A stretch of DNA of 63,116 bases, filler included, from Thraustochytrium aureum (Eukaryota), in assembly GCA_012862495.1 (NCBI GenBank). It is 5 parts of 4 records of this genome, joined end to end, with 100 filler letters (N's around TTAATTAATTAA, not from the genome) between each part and the next. Parts side by side here need not be neighbours in the genome. Positions count along the whole stretch, not along the records: positions 1 to 19,729 come from BLSG01000337.1; 4 more parts are not named here. One strand, 5' to 3'. This document shows positions 1 to 12,112 of the stretch, one piece after another (position 1 is the stretch's first letter; every line of letters starts with the position of its first letter). Position numbers and translations under genes: made by a program. Below the pieces are notes generated by a model. It had not been told where the DNA came from. It did no database searches and was given only the letters and a program-made list of their open reading frames with translations.

Positions 1-207
1 GTCAGTACCATTTAGGCTCGGGCGGCGCGACCAGGCGGTGCGCCTTGGGGAATCGTCGTCGCTTGGAGTTTGCAAGGCCCTACCCACCCTAGCCCTTGCC
101 TACGCCAGTCCTCGAGGAGGCGCCACGAGTCAACAAAGTGTGGGGAGCGTGCGTGCGGATTCATTTGCATCGATTTTGGCGGCTGCCTACGTCAGGGCTA
201 GGTGTGG

Positions 208-1062
208 CTAGGTGTTGAGCACCTCCTCGGCGGCCCAGGTCTGCATCAGCGACGCGAGCTCGCGGGACATCGACTTTGGCTTGTAGCTGATACCCTCGGG
301 CGACTCGCCCCAGATGCAAGCGTAAAATGCGCAGGCGACCGCGTAGTGCCCGAACGCAGACTGGTGCTTGATGTCACCGTACATAGGTTTCCAGTCCTTG
401 CCGTTGTTCTTGTACCACTCGATAGCGCGGCGCCAAACGTGGCCAGCAGGGCAAACGCGCACCTGGGTTCGCTGGCCAAGCGAAGCGTACCCCGAGCTTA
501 TGCGCGTCTGCATTGCCTCGTAAGAGTCAGGGTTTCGGTACGTCGTGTCGCCTTCGTAGTAGCCCCACGTCTCAAACAGGAGCAACTCCTTTCCCTCCGC
601 GTCGGCGAGCTCTTTGAACTTTTCAACATACGGCTCCGTGAGCGTGCCCCACGTCGAGAACGAGTACTGGAGATGTTGCGATTGCTCCTGGAGGACTATA
701 AACCCGTTGGAGCGCACATTGTTCTCGATCATCCTGGCCACAACGCCGTCGTCCCAGTGGCGCCTGATCGTGTACCCACCAGAGGTCCGCTTCAGCGTGT
801 CCACGAGCTTTCCGCCCGATCTGGATAGGCTGCGAAACACCGTGTCGAGCTTGGATTTCGCTGAGGTGAACGAGTTGCCCACGAAAAGCACGTTTGGTGT
901 CAGCGTGCACGAGTTGGACGCTTTGGTGAACCGACAGCCCGCCTTGCGCTGCCTCTTGCACGATCGCTGCGAGGCTTGGACAGAGCAAACGTCTTCCGCT
1001 GCGCACGGCGCTGCGACGACGGCGAGAAGCAATACCGCGAGAAGCAGCTTGATTCGCGCCAT
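208..1062 (-). CDS. Secreted SGNH/GDSL-like hydrolase (esterase)
   Basis: Signal peptide (MARIKLLLAVLLLAVVAAPCAA), small Cys motif, then NVLFVGNSFT (block I Ser), VLQEQS and a C-terminal D-x-x-H (GDIKHQS..G.Y..AC). Intronless; ends in TAG. Confidence 0.8.
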   Translation of the reverse strand: MARIKLLLAVLLLAVVAAPCAAEDVCSVQASQRSCKRQRKAGCRFTKASNSCTLTPNVLFVGNSFTSAKSKLDTVFRSLSRSGGKLVDTLKRTSGGYTIRRHWDDGVVARMIENNVRSNGFIVLQEQSQHLQYSFSTWGTLTEPYVEKFKELADAEGKELLLFETWGYYEGDTTYRNPDSYEAMQTRISSGYASLGQRTQVRVCPAGHVWRRAIEWYKNNGKDWKPMYGDIKHQSAFGHYAVACAFYACIWGESPEGISYKPKSMSRELASLMQTWAAEEVLNT

Positions 1063-2130
1063 GCTCGCGTTCGCGCGTAGGCAGCGCGCGTCTTGCTCCT
1101 GCGCGGGCCCCTGTGGCTTGGACTGATTTTCGCAAAGCTGCTACCCGTCGCTGCGTTTCGGACCTGCTCGAAGGCAAACCAGGATGCGCCCCGTGTCTTT
1201 GCCGACACGCCTTCGTACAAAGCGCGCGCGAATGGCATCCAAAAAGAGTTGATTGAGAAGAGGCGGGTCTGCAGTTCAGAGCAGACCAGAGTGGGACATC
1301 TCAAACCACCGCACTTGGCCCGTTCCTACCGTCTGTGCGCTGCGAGCTCTAGCTTGCAGCTAACGACGACGCAAAGCAGCATCGATCAGAGCTTCGAGGA
1401 TCCGCCACTCGCGCTCTTCTGGCCGCGAGGAGATGGTCAATTTGTCGGCCGCGTTTGGCTGCGCAATTCCGTTGTGTGCCGTCGGCCACATCGGATTTGT
1501 GCGGCAATTTGCGGAGAAAAAAGATGCCACCTATCGACCTTTACCGATTTTACCGCGAGACGAAAGTCTCTCAAGAGTTGGCGGCGCTCGGCGGATCGGT
1601 CATGTTTTTGCACCTCCTGCTCAATCAGCCAAGGAGTCAGCCGCGACCCGCGTCCCGGTGCTGCCCTGCAGCGGCCGTGGGGGAATATCTGAACTGCCGC
1701 ATGCCGCGGCGATGCCAGTTGTGCCGCTGGACGATGCAAGAAAACGACGTTTGTGCCATTGCACTGTCATTGATCGAGGGATGACTCGTGGACAACGTCC
1801 GACAGACAGGCGATGCTGCCACTCATGATCAGGGAGCGACGAGGCATGTCCTGCATTTTCCATGGCAGCTCCCGTCGTCGTGTGGGGAGGCCGAAACGCT
1901 TGTGGCAGGAGCGCAAGCCTCTGCGTCCCTCGCGGCCACGCCCTCGTGCCGGGCCAGTGATGCGCCATTTGCGTGCGTCTTTTGCATCGGTCGGGCTTCG
2001 CTAGGCGCTCATGCGAGAGCATGTGCCTGTGAGGTGCGTAGTGGCGCGTCGGCGCGCTCCTTTTATTTGAGCTCGGCCTCCGCCTCGTAAACCTTCCGAC
2101 CTGCCCGACCAAGGCGGCTCGCAGCCGCCG

Positions 2131-2810
2131 CTATGTCTCCATGGCTGCAGTGCACGGCGACAGACTCTCTGCCGGGCGCTCCATGTACCAACTCCGCGTC
2201 TTGCACAAGTCACAGACTTGGTCGTCGACGATGCGAAAGCCAAGCCGCTCATAAAACACCACGTTGCGCGCCTCCTGCGTGGCCAGGACGCAGACCCGCC
2301 CAGACGCCGCCACGTTGGCCAGCGCAGCGGCGAGGTGCTTCGTCCCAACCCCTTGGCCTTGCAACGTGGGCGAGATGATCATCCGCTCAAGGTACACCGT
2401 CTCGCGGCCGCCCGCGATGTGGTCCAGCCGCTCGTCCATGACCTGTCCGAGAGCCAGCAGACGGCGCGTGGCGCCAAAACCAATTCGGAACGGCAGGAGC
2501 AGCAAGCCAGCCCGCACCTTTTCCAGAAGCCCCGGCGGCTGCTTGGCGTCGCTGAGCGTGAACGACCCCACAATCTCGCCTTGCTCGTCGCGTATGACGT
2601 GAAAGGCGACCCTGGCGCAGCCAGCGCCAGGTTGACGAAGGCCTTGAAAAACGCGCGCGACGTTCTCGCGCGCTCCTCCCGCTCGCCGCAGCCAAAGACC
2701 CACATCCACATCGGCGACATAGCAAACGCACTGGCCATCTCCGTGGCCACCCGCTCCTTGTCGTACTCGCTCAGCTCTGTCACGGCCTCGAGGGCTGTCT
2801 GCGTCGCCAT
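2131..2810 (-). CDS. GNAT N-acetyltransferase (one frameshift at ~2610)
   Basis: ATG at 2810 (MATQTALE..AFAMSPMWMWVF). Adding one G to the GGG run at ~2610 joins it to the frame containing YLERMIISPTLQGQGVGTK (acetyl-CoA motif A) and NVVFYERLGF (motif B). Confidence 0.85.
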
Positions 2811-3485
2811 TGTCTTTTGTTCCTGGCGCGGTCCAAAGCGACGTCGACCAGGCCGAGCTCGAGGCACTGGCGCAAGCGCTTTGCCCCGCAGAGTGGCAAA
2901 CGCAGGAGCCGCCGAGCTCCTCAACGCGCCCTGGCCTCTGACGAGCGCCGTGGCCACTGACGAGCGCCTTTGCTCGTTCGTCGTGGGCTCGGAAAGATCG
3001 GGGCGGTGTGCACTGACATCTAAGACCGCCCCGGTCTGTCGACTGCCCGCTCGAGGCTCCGAGACTCCGAGTCCATCCACTCCTGAGTAACGCCACGCCA
3101 CGTCGCTCGCAGGCTGCGGCCCGAATTGGGGGCCCCGTTTGAGGCAACTTTCAAGAACACCTGGATCTTGAAGATTGCACGGTTCAAGTTGGTCGTCCAC
3201 ATCCGTCGCCTTCAAGTTGGTGGGGGCTGCCGACGCCGGCCACACTTGCAGCTGCGGCGGCAAGGAACCCCCCGCCGTGCTCAACGCGCGAGATCGGGGC
3301 AGGAAAGGAGACAGAGAGTGGTGCGCGACTTGATGAGTTTATTTGATTTGATTTTTGAACAGCAGTCGCTGCGGCGAGCAGCCGTGAAGAGCGGCGCTCG
3401 ACGCATGGGCTGCGAAACCCCGCGCGCAAGACGCGGCCGGCCTGGCGTGCAGATTGACGCTTGGGTTGAGCTGCCTTGCCAGCTG

Positions 3486-5207
3486 CTACGAGTAAATTTC
3501 GTCAGCGGGCTGACCGCTATCGCTGACGAGGTCGTGGCCGTTTGCTCGGTAGGATTCTGGGAAATGCGAGTGGAGCAGACTCGTGGCCGAAGCGACCATG
3601 CTTGTGTCCGGGCTCAGCGTTATCGCGCTGAGGATTGGGACCATTGCAACAGGAAGTCTGGGATCAAAAAACGAGTGGCGCAAGAAATGCCCCATGTCGC
3701 GGAGCTTCACCGTCGACGAGTCGCTGACAGCCGCGACCAAACTGACAAAGCGCTTGTCGATCGCAGCCTTGAGGCGGCCGCCCTTGGCATCGCGCTCCAA
3801 TGCTTGCCAAACTTGCGTGTGGACAGAGCCCTTTATGTCGATAAAGTCTGTCTTGGTCGCCCACACCAGCCCGTGTCTGAACAACGCGTTCGCTCTGTCC
3901 ATCTCGAGCAGGGTTGCGAGCAGCGCGCGCCAGTGCGACGTGTTGAGCTCGACCGAGTTGAAAATCTCCCCGAGGACATCCTCTTTGGACTCCCCGCTCT
4001 GGATCCGATACCACGCGGCGTCCCACACGAGCTTGACGAGTGTCTTCAGTGTGTCTCGACTTTCGTCGTAATAGTCGTACATGTTTTCCGGTCCGTCATC
4101 CATAGCCCACTTTTGCACAACATCGCTGCCTTGCATGGCCCAGTGGGTGAGGGCCTTGACTTTGCGGCGCTCCTGATGAAGTCTGCGCAGAGCGCTCCAC
4201 ATTTCTTGCGCGGCCGTGACATCGTACGGAACGTTGGCGACGGGAGCCAGCGGGCCAGGGAGTTGCTGGAAGCCCACGACGACCGGCACAGAGCGCTGGC
4301 GCTTGGGCGCGGGCTGCTGCTCGCAGGTGCCCAAGTTGGGCTTGACATCTGGGCTGTGCATCCTCGCTGCTGAGGTATTGATCCACCTGAAAAAGTACTG
4401 GACGTTGTCCCTTGCCGAGGGGTCCGTCGTCCCAAAGTTTCCGAACTTGTGGAGCGCGACCCAGAGGTCCCGCAGCGCCTGGGTGAGACGCGGGTTCGCG
4501 CCGAGGACAGTATCGAGATCGTTCAGCAGCGATGCCTGCTCAGCCTCGTTCACTGTTGCACTGCTTTCGCTGTTGACGCCCCAGGCCTCGAGGAGGCGTT
4601 TGCAGGACGACTTGGTTGCCCCACGGTTTAGGAGCGCGCTCGAGAACTGGCACTGGTGATTCATCGTGCGCAGCATGAGCATGTAAACCAGGAGGCCGTA
4701 CGAGGCGCGCGCGTGGTCGTCCCTCGCTTGGTTTTGGGCGATCGAGTACCAGCTCCGAAACCGCTCCAGCAAATCATGGGGGTTGCACTCGCGGACCACT
4801 GCGTCGAGCGCGTAGTCGACCTGCCTGGGCGCCTGCATGCCTTTCTGCCCCGGGGACGGCCACCTTGGCGGCAACAGCGACGGTATCACGTGATTGCCCT
4901 GCGGCACGCTGCTCTTCATCATCCGGCAAGCGCCGGCAGCGCACCGGCTGTCGATTCCAGCGTCCAAAACGCGCTTCGGCGCCGCGCTTGCGTCCTGGCT
5001 TCGCTCCCGGGGTCGCCACCCTGCCGCCCGCGTGCGTGGCCAGTGCGTGCGCAGTAGCTGCGTCAAACGCGGTGGCTGCGTCAAACGCGGTGGCTGCACT
5101 GGCGAACCGCGCTGTTTGGGACCTGCCCTGCTCGTCAAGTGCGCCTTGCCGACTGCTCGCTTGCTCACCATCATCAACCTCGTCATCATCCCTCGCATCC
5201 CATCCAT
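3486..5207 (-). CDS. Hypothetical protein; 5' end uncertain
   Basis: Long ORF with globular-looking composition from ~4920 downward and an NLS-like PAPKRQR. The T-rich tract ending in AG at ~5208 could be an intron acceptor. Confidence 0.55.
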   Translation of the reverse strand: MDGMRGMMTRLMMVSKRAVGKAHLTSRAGPKQRGSPVQPPRLTQPPRLTQLLRTHWPRTRAAGWRPRERSQDASAAPKRVLDAGIDSRCAAGACRMMKSSVPQGNHVIPSLLPPRWPSPGQKGMQAPRQVDYALDAVVRECNPHDLLERFRSWYSIAQNQARDDHARASYGLLVYMLMLRTMNHQCQFSSALLNRGATKSSCKRLLEAWGVNSESSATVNEAEQASLLNDLDTVLGANPRLTQALRDLWVALHKFGNFGTTDPSARDNVQYFFRWINTSAARMHSPDVKPNLGTCEQQPAPKRQRSVPVVVGFQQLPGPLAPVANVPYDVTAAQEMWSALRRLHQERRKVKALTHWAMQGSDVVQKWAMDDGPENMYDYYDESRDTLKTLVKLVWDAAWYRIQSGESKEDVLGEIFNSVELNTSHWRALLATLLEMDRANALFRHGLVWATKTDFIDIKGSVHTQVWQALERDAKGGRLKAAIDKRFVSLVAAVSDSSTVKLRDMGHFLRHSFFDPRLPVAMVPILSAITLSPDTSMVASATSLLHSHFPESYRANGHDLVSDSGQPADEIYS

Positions 5208-5756
5208 CTTGAATCAAACCAGCAACCAAAACCAAAGCAAATTCCACAAAGCAAAACAAACAAAACAAAGGACGAAAAGAGAGGACGGGGAGTCGCGCTG
5301 AGCCGCGGCAGCAGAGGCGGAAGGAAGGCAGGAAGGCAAGAAAGAGACCATCCCTCTCCAGCCGGCCTTCTTCCTCCGCCCCCTTCGTCTCTTTGCACGT
5401 CAGTCTATTGGTCTTCGCGGCGGCTCTTGCCTCCCCGGGCCTTCACGCCCTGTCCCTTTCGCGAGTTTCGTGCCTCGGTGCGCTCCCTTGGATGAATCGG
5501 AGTAGTACTACAGGTGCCAGTGGGAGGATAGGAGTGGTGGATCGATCATGCGATTCTCGTCAGGGCCCCGGTTGCAGCGCCAGGTCGGTTCATCGTCCCA
5601 TCAGGGCCTGCGCTCCGACCGCCAGATCAGAACAGACCGCGTGTCGGCCAACGCACTGGCTGGCTGGCGCCGGATGACAGAGTTTTTATCCCGCTTCATT
5701 GGAATACAAGGCGTGCCTCCTGCCAGTGGCGGCCGGACAACGCGGCGGGAGAGTCG

Positions 5757-5790
5757 AGAGACAGACAGACAGTCACACAGACAGACAGAC
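5757..5790. repeat. (GACA)n-type microsatellite at a gap edge
   Basis: gagacagacagacagtcacacagacagacagac runs into the N gap. Confidence 0.8.
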
Positions 5791-6921
5791 NNNNNNNNNN
5801 NNNNNNNNNNNNNNNNNNNNNNNNNNNNNNNNNNNNNNNNNNNNNNNNNNNNNNNNNNNNNNNNNNNNNNNNNNNNNNNNNNNNNNNNNNNNNNNNNNNN
5901 NNNNNNNNNNNNNNNNNNNNNNNNNNNNNNNNNNNNNNNNNNNNNNNNNNNNNNNNNNNNNNNNNNNNNNNNNNNNNNNNNNNNNNNNNNNNNNNNNNNN
6001 NNNNNNNNNNNNNNNNNNNNNNNNNNNNNNNNNNNNNNNNNNNNNNNNNNNNNNNNNNNNNNNNNNNNNNNNNNNNNNNNNNNNNNNNNNNNNNNNNNNN
6101 NNNNNNNNNNNNNNNNNNNNNNNNNNNNNNNNNNNNNNNNNNNNNNNNNNNNNNNNNNNNNNNNNNNNNNNNNNNNNNNNNNNNNNNNNNNNNNNNNNNN
6201 NNNNNNNNNNNNNNNNNNNNNNNNNNNNNNNNNNNNNNNNNNNNNNNNNNNNNNNNNNNNNNNNNNNNNNNNNNNNNNNNNNNNNNNNNNNNNNNNNNNN
6301 NNNNNNNNNNNNNNNNNNNNNNNNNNNNNNNNNNNNNNNNNNNNNNNNNNNNNNNNNNNNNNNNNNNNNNNNNNNNNNNNNNNNNNNNNNNNNNNNNNNN
6401 NNNNNNNNNNNNNNNNNNNNNNNNNNNNNNNNNNNNNNNNNNNNNNNNNNNNNNNNNNNNNNNNNNNNNNNNNNNNNNNNNNNNNNNNNNNNNNNNNNNN
6501 NNNNNNNNNNNNNNNNNNNNNNNNNNNNNNNNNNNNNNNNNNNNNNNNNNNNNNNNNNNNNNNNNNNNNNNNNNNNNNNNNNNNNNNNNNNNNNNNNNNN
6601 NNNNNNNNNNNNNNNNNNNNNNNNNNNNNNNNNNNNNNNNNNNNNNNNNNNNNNNNNNNNNNNNNNNNNNNNNNNNNNNNNNNNNNNNNNNNNNNNNNNN
6701 NNNNNNNNNNNNNNNNNNNNNNNNNNNNNNNNNNNNNNNNNNNNNNNNNNNNNNNNNNNNNNNNNNNNNNNNNNNNNNNTTTCCATCTTTCAAGATGGGC
6801 GCTATCAAGGAAAGCCGAGCGGTAACGTTGGATATCTGACGGATGGCAGCTGACCGGCGAGACCGCACGTGGACTGCCCAAAACTTGGCGTCAACTAGGC
6901 TCCATTCTATCTATACATCAT

Positions 6922-9783
6922 TCATTCGTCTGAGGGACCAGTTTGCTCTCCCTGCCCCGCCTTGGCGCAATTTCGCTTGCGCGGCTTGATTGGCACACCG
7001 TGATCCTCACAAAACACCAAACACCTGACGCGCCGTTTGCTGCAGTCTGGAGCGATGCATTTCTGCAAGACGTTGCATTTTGAGCACACACTTTGCTTGC
7101 CGCGTATCCTTTGCCGCGTGCAACGAGTGTTCGCAACAGTGCAGCTTTCGCATGCGCTACAGGCGCAGGAGTGAGTAGCGCAGTATCGCGCACCAGGTGG
7201 GAGTTCAGCCAGGCAGTGCGTTTTGGAGGCCTTGAAGGGGCAAACCCTGCCTTCATGCTCGGGACAGAAGATGGTTTTGCCTACCTGCACCTGTGCCTCG
7301 CAGTTTGGCACAACGCAACTGTACCGAGCTCGTTTCGTGGAGGCAGCATCGCTCAACTCCTCCCGATCAAAGCTTGGGTGGCTTCGCTTCGCCGGCACAA
7401 GCGGTGCGAGTTGCGATTGGCCTGTTGCCATTAAAACGCCAGATACCGGGTGGCAAGGCAGCGTCAGTGCTGCCTGAAGCGCAAGACACACTCGGCACGG
7501 TCGACAGGCTTGGGTATGTGGGGCGGGGAGAAGGCGATCGATTGCGCGACGGGGACGACCCCGACGCCCCGCCACCGCCGCAGCCGCCGCCGCCGACGAC
7601 GACGACCTTGGCGTCGGCGACGGCGAGCTGGGCCCTGAAGGAGACAATACTCGAGATGGGCTCGCTCTCCGAACTCCTTTCCGCAAATGTGGGGGTTGGT
7701 CCGAAACAGCATCCTCCCACTGCCTGCGTCGCCTGTCCGGTGCAACATCAGCTCCGCACATGTCTTTCAGCCAGGTTTTGTAGAGGGAAAACGCTTCTTC
7801 CGAAAGGCCAGCATCTGTTGTTGGCAAAAGTATTGCCCAGCTGAATCGCCCATTCTCCTCGCTGGGTGTGGGGTTCGTAACCTTGAGAAACACCGAGCCC
7901 TTCTCCTTGAAGTTGCAAGCGCACAAATACTCGGATTTGACGAGGCGCGCGAACTCTGCGCTGCCAAAGTATTCAAACCCCTCGGGGTCTGTCAAGTTCG
8001 CGCAGACCTCTTTCATCACATCTGGCTTGATTTGGCAAAGCGCACTCTTCGAAAAGTGAACCAGCAAAAACGCGACATCGTTTGCGGTCCTCGGCTCGGG
8101 TTTTCTTGCATACTGCTGCAACACTTCATCGAGCACATTGCCTGGCAAAGGCTCAATTTCCGCATCTTGTAGAACTTTGACGATCGTCCCCCTGATCCTT
8201 TGTATGGTGGCAGCATGGGCGGCAGCAGCAGCAGCAGCAGCATTCACGCTCGCTGTGCTCGACCCGCTTTCGCCTTGCGCGCCTGTCGCGTCGTCTGGAA
8301 TGGAGCCAGAGTTGGTCGCTCCGCTCAGCTCTTGTACGCCTATTTGGTCATGTTCAGTGCGAAGCTCAAGTCGTCCGCTTTCGTCGAGGTGTTCGGTGTC
8401 CGTCTCGTCGTTCTCGATGTAGCTGTTGCCTTCCATTTCGTCCACGTTGCTCACTTCCTCTTTGGTCCCCCTGTCATCCAGCGAGCCTACGCTGGCATGT
8501 TCGTTGCGCGGTCCCGCGTCGGGGATGCAGGTGCCAGCGGCGCTCTTTATCTCATCGTCACTGTCCTGCTCGCTTTCCGTCGTGTTGGGTCCGGAAGCGG
8601 CTTCGCTTCCGTCTGTGAAGCTTGACTTTGAAACATCAGCGGGCTCGTCGTCCAGGTCACCTCGCTCGCATCCTTCGACACGCGCGTTCTCTGCTTGGCG
8701 GTTTTCGATGCCAACGTTGCCCTCTTTTGTGTGGACCAGCGACTCGTCATGACCGTCTTCGTCTTCCGTGTCGTTGCTGTTGCTCCCACCGCCATCGCTC
8801 CTGTGTTCAACTTCCTCAGCGTTGCTGCGACCGAGCTCGTCGTCATCAGCAGCAGCAGCATGCTCGGTTCTCTCCTCTTGCCTGTTAAGCGGCGTGCCTT
8901 GCTGACCAGATTGGTTTTCTGCCTCCTTGACAGCTACGCAGGTTGGGAACTGTGCGTCTTCGATGCCATCGCCGTTGTCCGCGCCTCCGAGTCCTTCCGG
9001 GGCAACTTGGTTCGCCGCAACAAGAGGCGCCCGAATGGTATCGGTGCCAAGAATCTCGTGAGGCGACTGATCTGCTTGGGCGATGACTTTGGCCATCGCG
9101 CTGCCAGTGATCGCGTTTCCAGTAAAGTCAACGAGAATGTCTCCGGGACCCGGCTGCCGCTCAGGACCCGCTACTTCACCTACCAGATAGAGCTTCCGTT
9201 TGGGGCTCGCCTGCAGGGCCAGCGCCAACTTGCGCACTTGCTGCTCGCCGAGGTTGCAGTTGCGCACACGAAAGGTTGCGAGGTTTGAGGCCGACTTTAG
9301 AAACCCCCCCAGCTCGTCGACGATGCGCAGCTTAGCGTCACTCAGGTCAAGAGCCATGAGGGTCGAAGTTGAGCTCTCTGCCAAATATCTGCAAACGTAG
9401 AACAGCCCTAGGTCCTCGAACGGGTTCTCGGCCAAATTGAGCTCTTGCAGCGCCTGGCTGCCGAGCGCAGAGGTCAGCTTCTCCACTTCAACGTCTCCAA
9501 GTCTATTCCCCTGCATCCGCACAGCGGTAACGGGCCTGGTGGCAGTCGCCGACACAATCGCCGCGCAGATGTGACCGATCTCCGCCTTGCCCGCCCTGCA
9601 GTCTGGAAACTCCACGCAGCCAGTGCGCTCAATCCCCACCGCCAGCATGCGCGAAAGTGGCTCATTCCTGATGCCCGCGGCCAAATGCCGGTTCATCCTG
9701 TACGGACAACACAGCGCAGCAGCGGCAGCGCAGCAGCGGCAGCGCGGCAGAGACAGCGCTTTCACCAGCACGACCTCGAGCAC
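6922..9783 (-). CDS. RI-like LRR protein with acidic linker and C-terminal C-x4-C-xn-C-x2-H zinc-finger-like array
   Basis: LRRs: VRMQGNRLGDVEVEKL, LQELNLAENPFEDLG, LDLSDAKL, FRVRNCNLGEQQ. D/E-rich middle. C-terminal CVVPNC..FCPEH, C..HC..YCATH, CIAPDC..FCEDH. Start may be Met ~9696; compensating frameshifts at ~7500-7720 are possible. Confidence 0.7.
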   Translation of the reverse strand: MLEVVLVKALSLPRCRCCAAAAALCCPYRMNRHLAAGIRNEPLSRMLAVGIERTGCVEFPDCRAGKAEIGHICAAIVSATATRPVTAVRMQGNRLGDVEVEKLTSALGSQALQELNLAENPFEDLGLFYVCRYLAESSTSTLMALDLSDAKLRIVDELGGFLKSASNLATFRVRNCNLGEQQVRKLALALQASPKRKLYLVGEVAGPERQPGPGDILVDFTGNAITGSAMAKVIAQADQSPHEILGTDTIRAPLVAANQVAPEGLGGADNGDGIEDAQFPTCVAVKEAENQSGQQGTPLNRQEERTEHAAAADDDELGRSNAEEVEHRSDGGGSNSNDTEDEDGHDESLVHTKEGNVGIENRQAENARVEGCERGDLDDEPADVSKSSFTDGSEAASGPNTTESEQDSDDEIKSAAGTCIPDAGPRNEHASVGSLDDRGTKEEVSNVDEMEGNSYIENDETDTEHLDESGRLELRTEHDQIGVQELSGATNSGSIPDDATGAQGESGSSTASVNAAAAAAAAHAATIQRIRGTIVKVLQDAEIEPLPGNVLDEVLQQYARKPEPRTANDVAFLLVHFSKSALCQIKPDVMKEVCANLTDPEGFEYFGSAEFARLVKSEYLCACNFKEKGSVFLKVTNPTPSEENGRFSWAILLPTTDAGLSEEAFSLYKTWLKDMCGADVAPDRRRRQWEDAVSDQPPHLRKGVRRASPSRVLSPSGPSSPSPTPRSSSSAAAAAAVAGRRGRPRRAIDRLLPAPHTQACRPCRVCLALQAALTLPCHPVSGVLMATGQSQLAPLVPAKRSHPSFDREELSDAASTKRARYSCVVPNCEAQVQVGKTIFCPEHEGRVCPFKASKTHCLAELPPGARYCATHSCACSACESCTVANTRCTRQRIRGKQSVCSKCNVLQKCIAPDCSKRRVRCLVFCEDHGVPIKPRKRNCAKAGQGEQTGPSDE

Positions 9784-10221
9784 CGTTTGGACAGACTGCT
9801 TTGGCAGCCCTGTGCGGCCTCGGTTGGCTTCGATCGGGGTCTGCCTGCCTCTGCTTGGCAGTTCTCCTTGTGGGGTATTCCGGCATTAATCATCATCTCC
9901 CGCTGTATTCTTACACGCAAGTTAACGTTTATTTAATTCATATAGCTATCCCTTTTGCACGAGTTACCTTCGGGTTTTCCGCACGGTAACCCTCTCGGTT
10001 CGCCCAATTTGCACAACTTTTTTTTGCTCAGTGCACATCCAACTGGTGCACGTCCGTGAGGAGGTCGAGCCACGAACTCTGAGGTGCATGCGTGCGGTCG
10101 CTGAGGCCGCTCGGAGGCCCCGGCCATCAGGCGCCGCAGCTTGTCTCGTGCCTCGGACGATTGCCGATGTCGTCGAGATCGACGTGACCACGCACCGGAA
10201 GAAGCTGAACTGCCTGCTCGT

Positions 10222-10623
10222 TCAACTGAGAGAGGTGGAAACGGTTGACGTACATAGCTGTTGCGTTCCACCGCCTGTTCGCTCGGGACGCGCTTGCTTC
10301 TGAGTGCTGGCCATTATCGCTGGGCTCTCCGTCGGTTTTGACGTCGGGTTTGCGACCGGCGGTGCTGTGAGCGGTCCGTCCGACTGGCGCTGCCGTGGCT
10401 CAACATCATCGTTGGTGCTGGGCGGCTCTGCGTCGGCGGTGGACTGCGCGGAGCCCGCAGAACTCGCACTAGCGCCGACAGCGATCCTTGTGATGGCGCA
10501 TATCAGGAGGAGCGCGAGAGCGCCGATCGCAAAGTTCTTCTTCTTCTTCTTCATCTTCATCTTCTCCGCGACGTCCAGCGGTTCCACCACCATGGCCTTC
10601 TCTATGTGCTCCACGGCAGGCAT
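10222..10623 (-). pseudogene. Truncated paralogue (or pseudogene) of the N-terminus of the large glycoside hydrolase at 12113
   Basis: MPAVEHIEKA..KKKKNFAIGALALLLICAITRIAVG aligns with MPALEDIEKA..KRKKKAVVGAVALLAVCAIIGVSVG. The similarity is also visible at DNA level. Confidence 0.65.
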
Positions 10624-12112
10624 CGTGTCGAGCCTCTCTTTGCGATCACGTGGTGGCCGCGGCTCCGCGCCCCATCAGCGCCTCTTGGCCGCATCTCCTG
10701 CCCGCCGACTGACGTTGCTGGACCCATCGTGGGTGGGTAGTTCTTGCCAAACTGCGAACTGCCGGCAGAGTGCGATCGGCCATCGCATGGTCGTGGTTGT
10801 CGTTGTCTGGTCCGGGTCGGCCTCACGCTTCGCGACCTCCGCAAGTCGAACACAATGGCAGCGGACTTGGGACATGGCAATGCTGGCATTCCAGAGTTGC
10901 TCACAAACTCCTTCTTGATTGAAAGAACACCGCGAACACCGCGAGGTATTGTTGGCAGAAAACAATACCAGTAGAGGGTACTTACCGGTACGCGCACACC
11001 ACTGCTTTGTTGCTTCTTTGTGGCGATGGATCGGTCAGAACTGCTTGCCACAGTTCGCCGTTCGTTGTTGCAAGTTGCCACATGGGACGGGGAAACTGCG
11101 CGGTTTCACTGCGTGTCCACGGGCGCGGCGAGCTTGAACTCGTGCTTCGAGGCAAAACTGCGCGGTTTGCCTTCTCGACGAGCCAGACCGCGTGCTTCTC
11201 TTGGCTGGTTGCGCACGCGCTGGCTTCGGCCTCTACTCTACTTGTCTACTTCTCACCTTACCCACTCTGTGGTGCTCTGCGGGAATGACTTGCTTCGCGT
11301 CCCTCGCTCGCCAAACTCCCACATGGGGCTGCAGCAAGCCGTATAGAAGAATATGCGGCAGAATAGGCTCACACAGCGTTACTGAAAGGCGCGCTCTAAA
11401 ATACCGGCAAGGGAATAAATGCGCGTGTCTGGTTTCGCTGCAAGGGAGCACAAGTCACCATCAACCAGACCGTCGTCAAGTGGGGAGAGCGGCCACGCGT
11501 ACCACCGCGCAACTCCTACGATCATCACCGTACTCCACCCACTCTGCTGGCGGTAGAGCCTGCCAAACCAATTTTCTTTCACCAGTCGCTGCCTCCGTCG
11601 CTCCGTGATTTGAAGAATCGCTGACAGCGGAGGGGCGCGAGCAGAGACGGTGCACGATCGCGACAGCGTGTCAGCTGTCAGCAAGGAGGTGTCAGTCAGG
11701 TCGTTTCCCTCTGCCGCAGTCTCGTGCCAAAAACCAACCACAACTTGAAGTCTGCATCTGTTTCGTCGCTGCAACCGCACTGAAGGCCCGCCTGTTTTCC
11801 TCGTTTCGGTGGGCGTGGGCGTGCGGGCAGTGTGCCCGACGGGAGGGAGCAAGTAGCTGGCCCCGCACGACTCTTCGAATTCTGCTCACACAGAGTCAAG
11901 CACGCGCAGCGAAAGCCGGAGGCGGCCGCCTGCCTCATCATGGGATTCGGCCTTGTCCAGCTCGAGCGGCAGCTACCGCGCAACTGGATGCTCAAGCTCG
12001 GCTCGTCCAAACCCCAATTGACCAGACCGCAATTGGCCTGCGAACGCTGGCAGACCAGGAATCTGCCTGCACCAACAAGAACGGAGCAAGCGGGGCTCTC
12101 CTCGCACAGCGC

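Noticed and set aside
9960..10270. Faint GH114-like words (VDLDD, SWLDL) downstream of the truncated paralogue
   Set aside because: Too short and interrupted by stops to support a call without a profile search.
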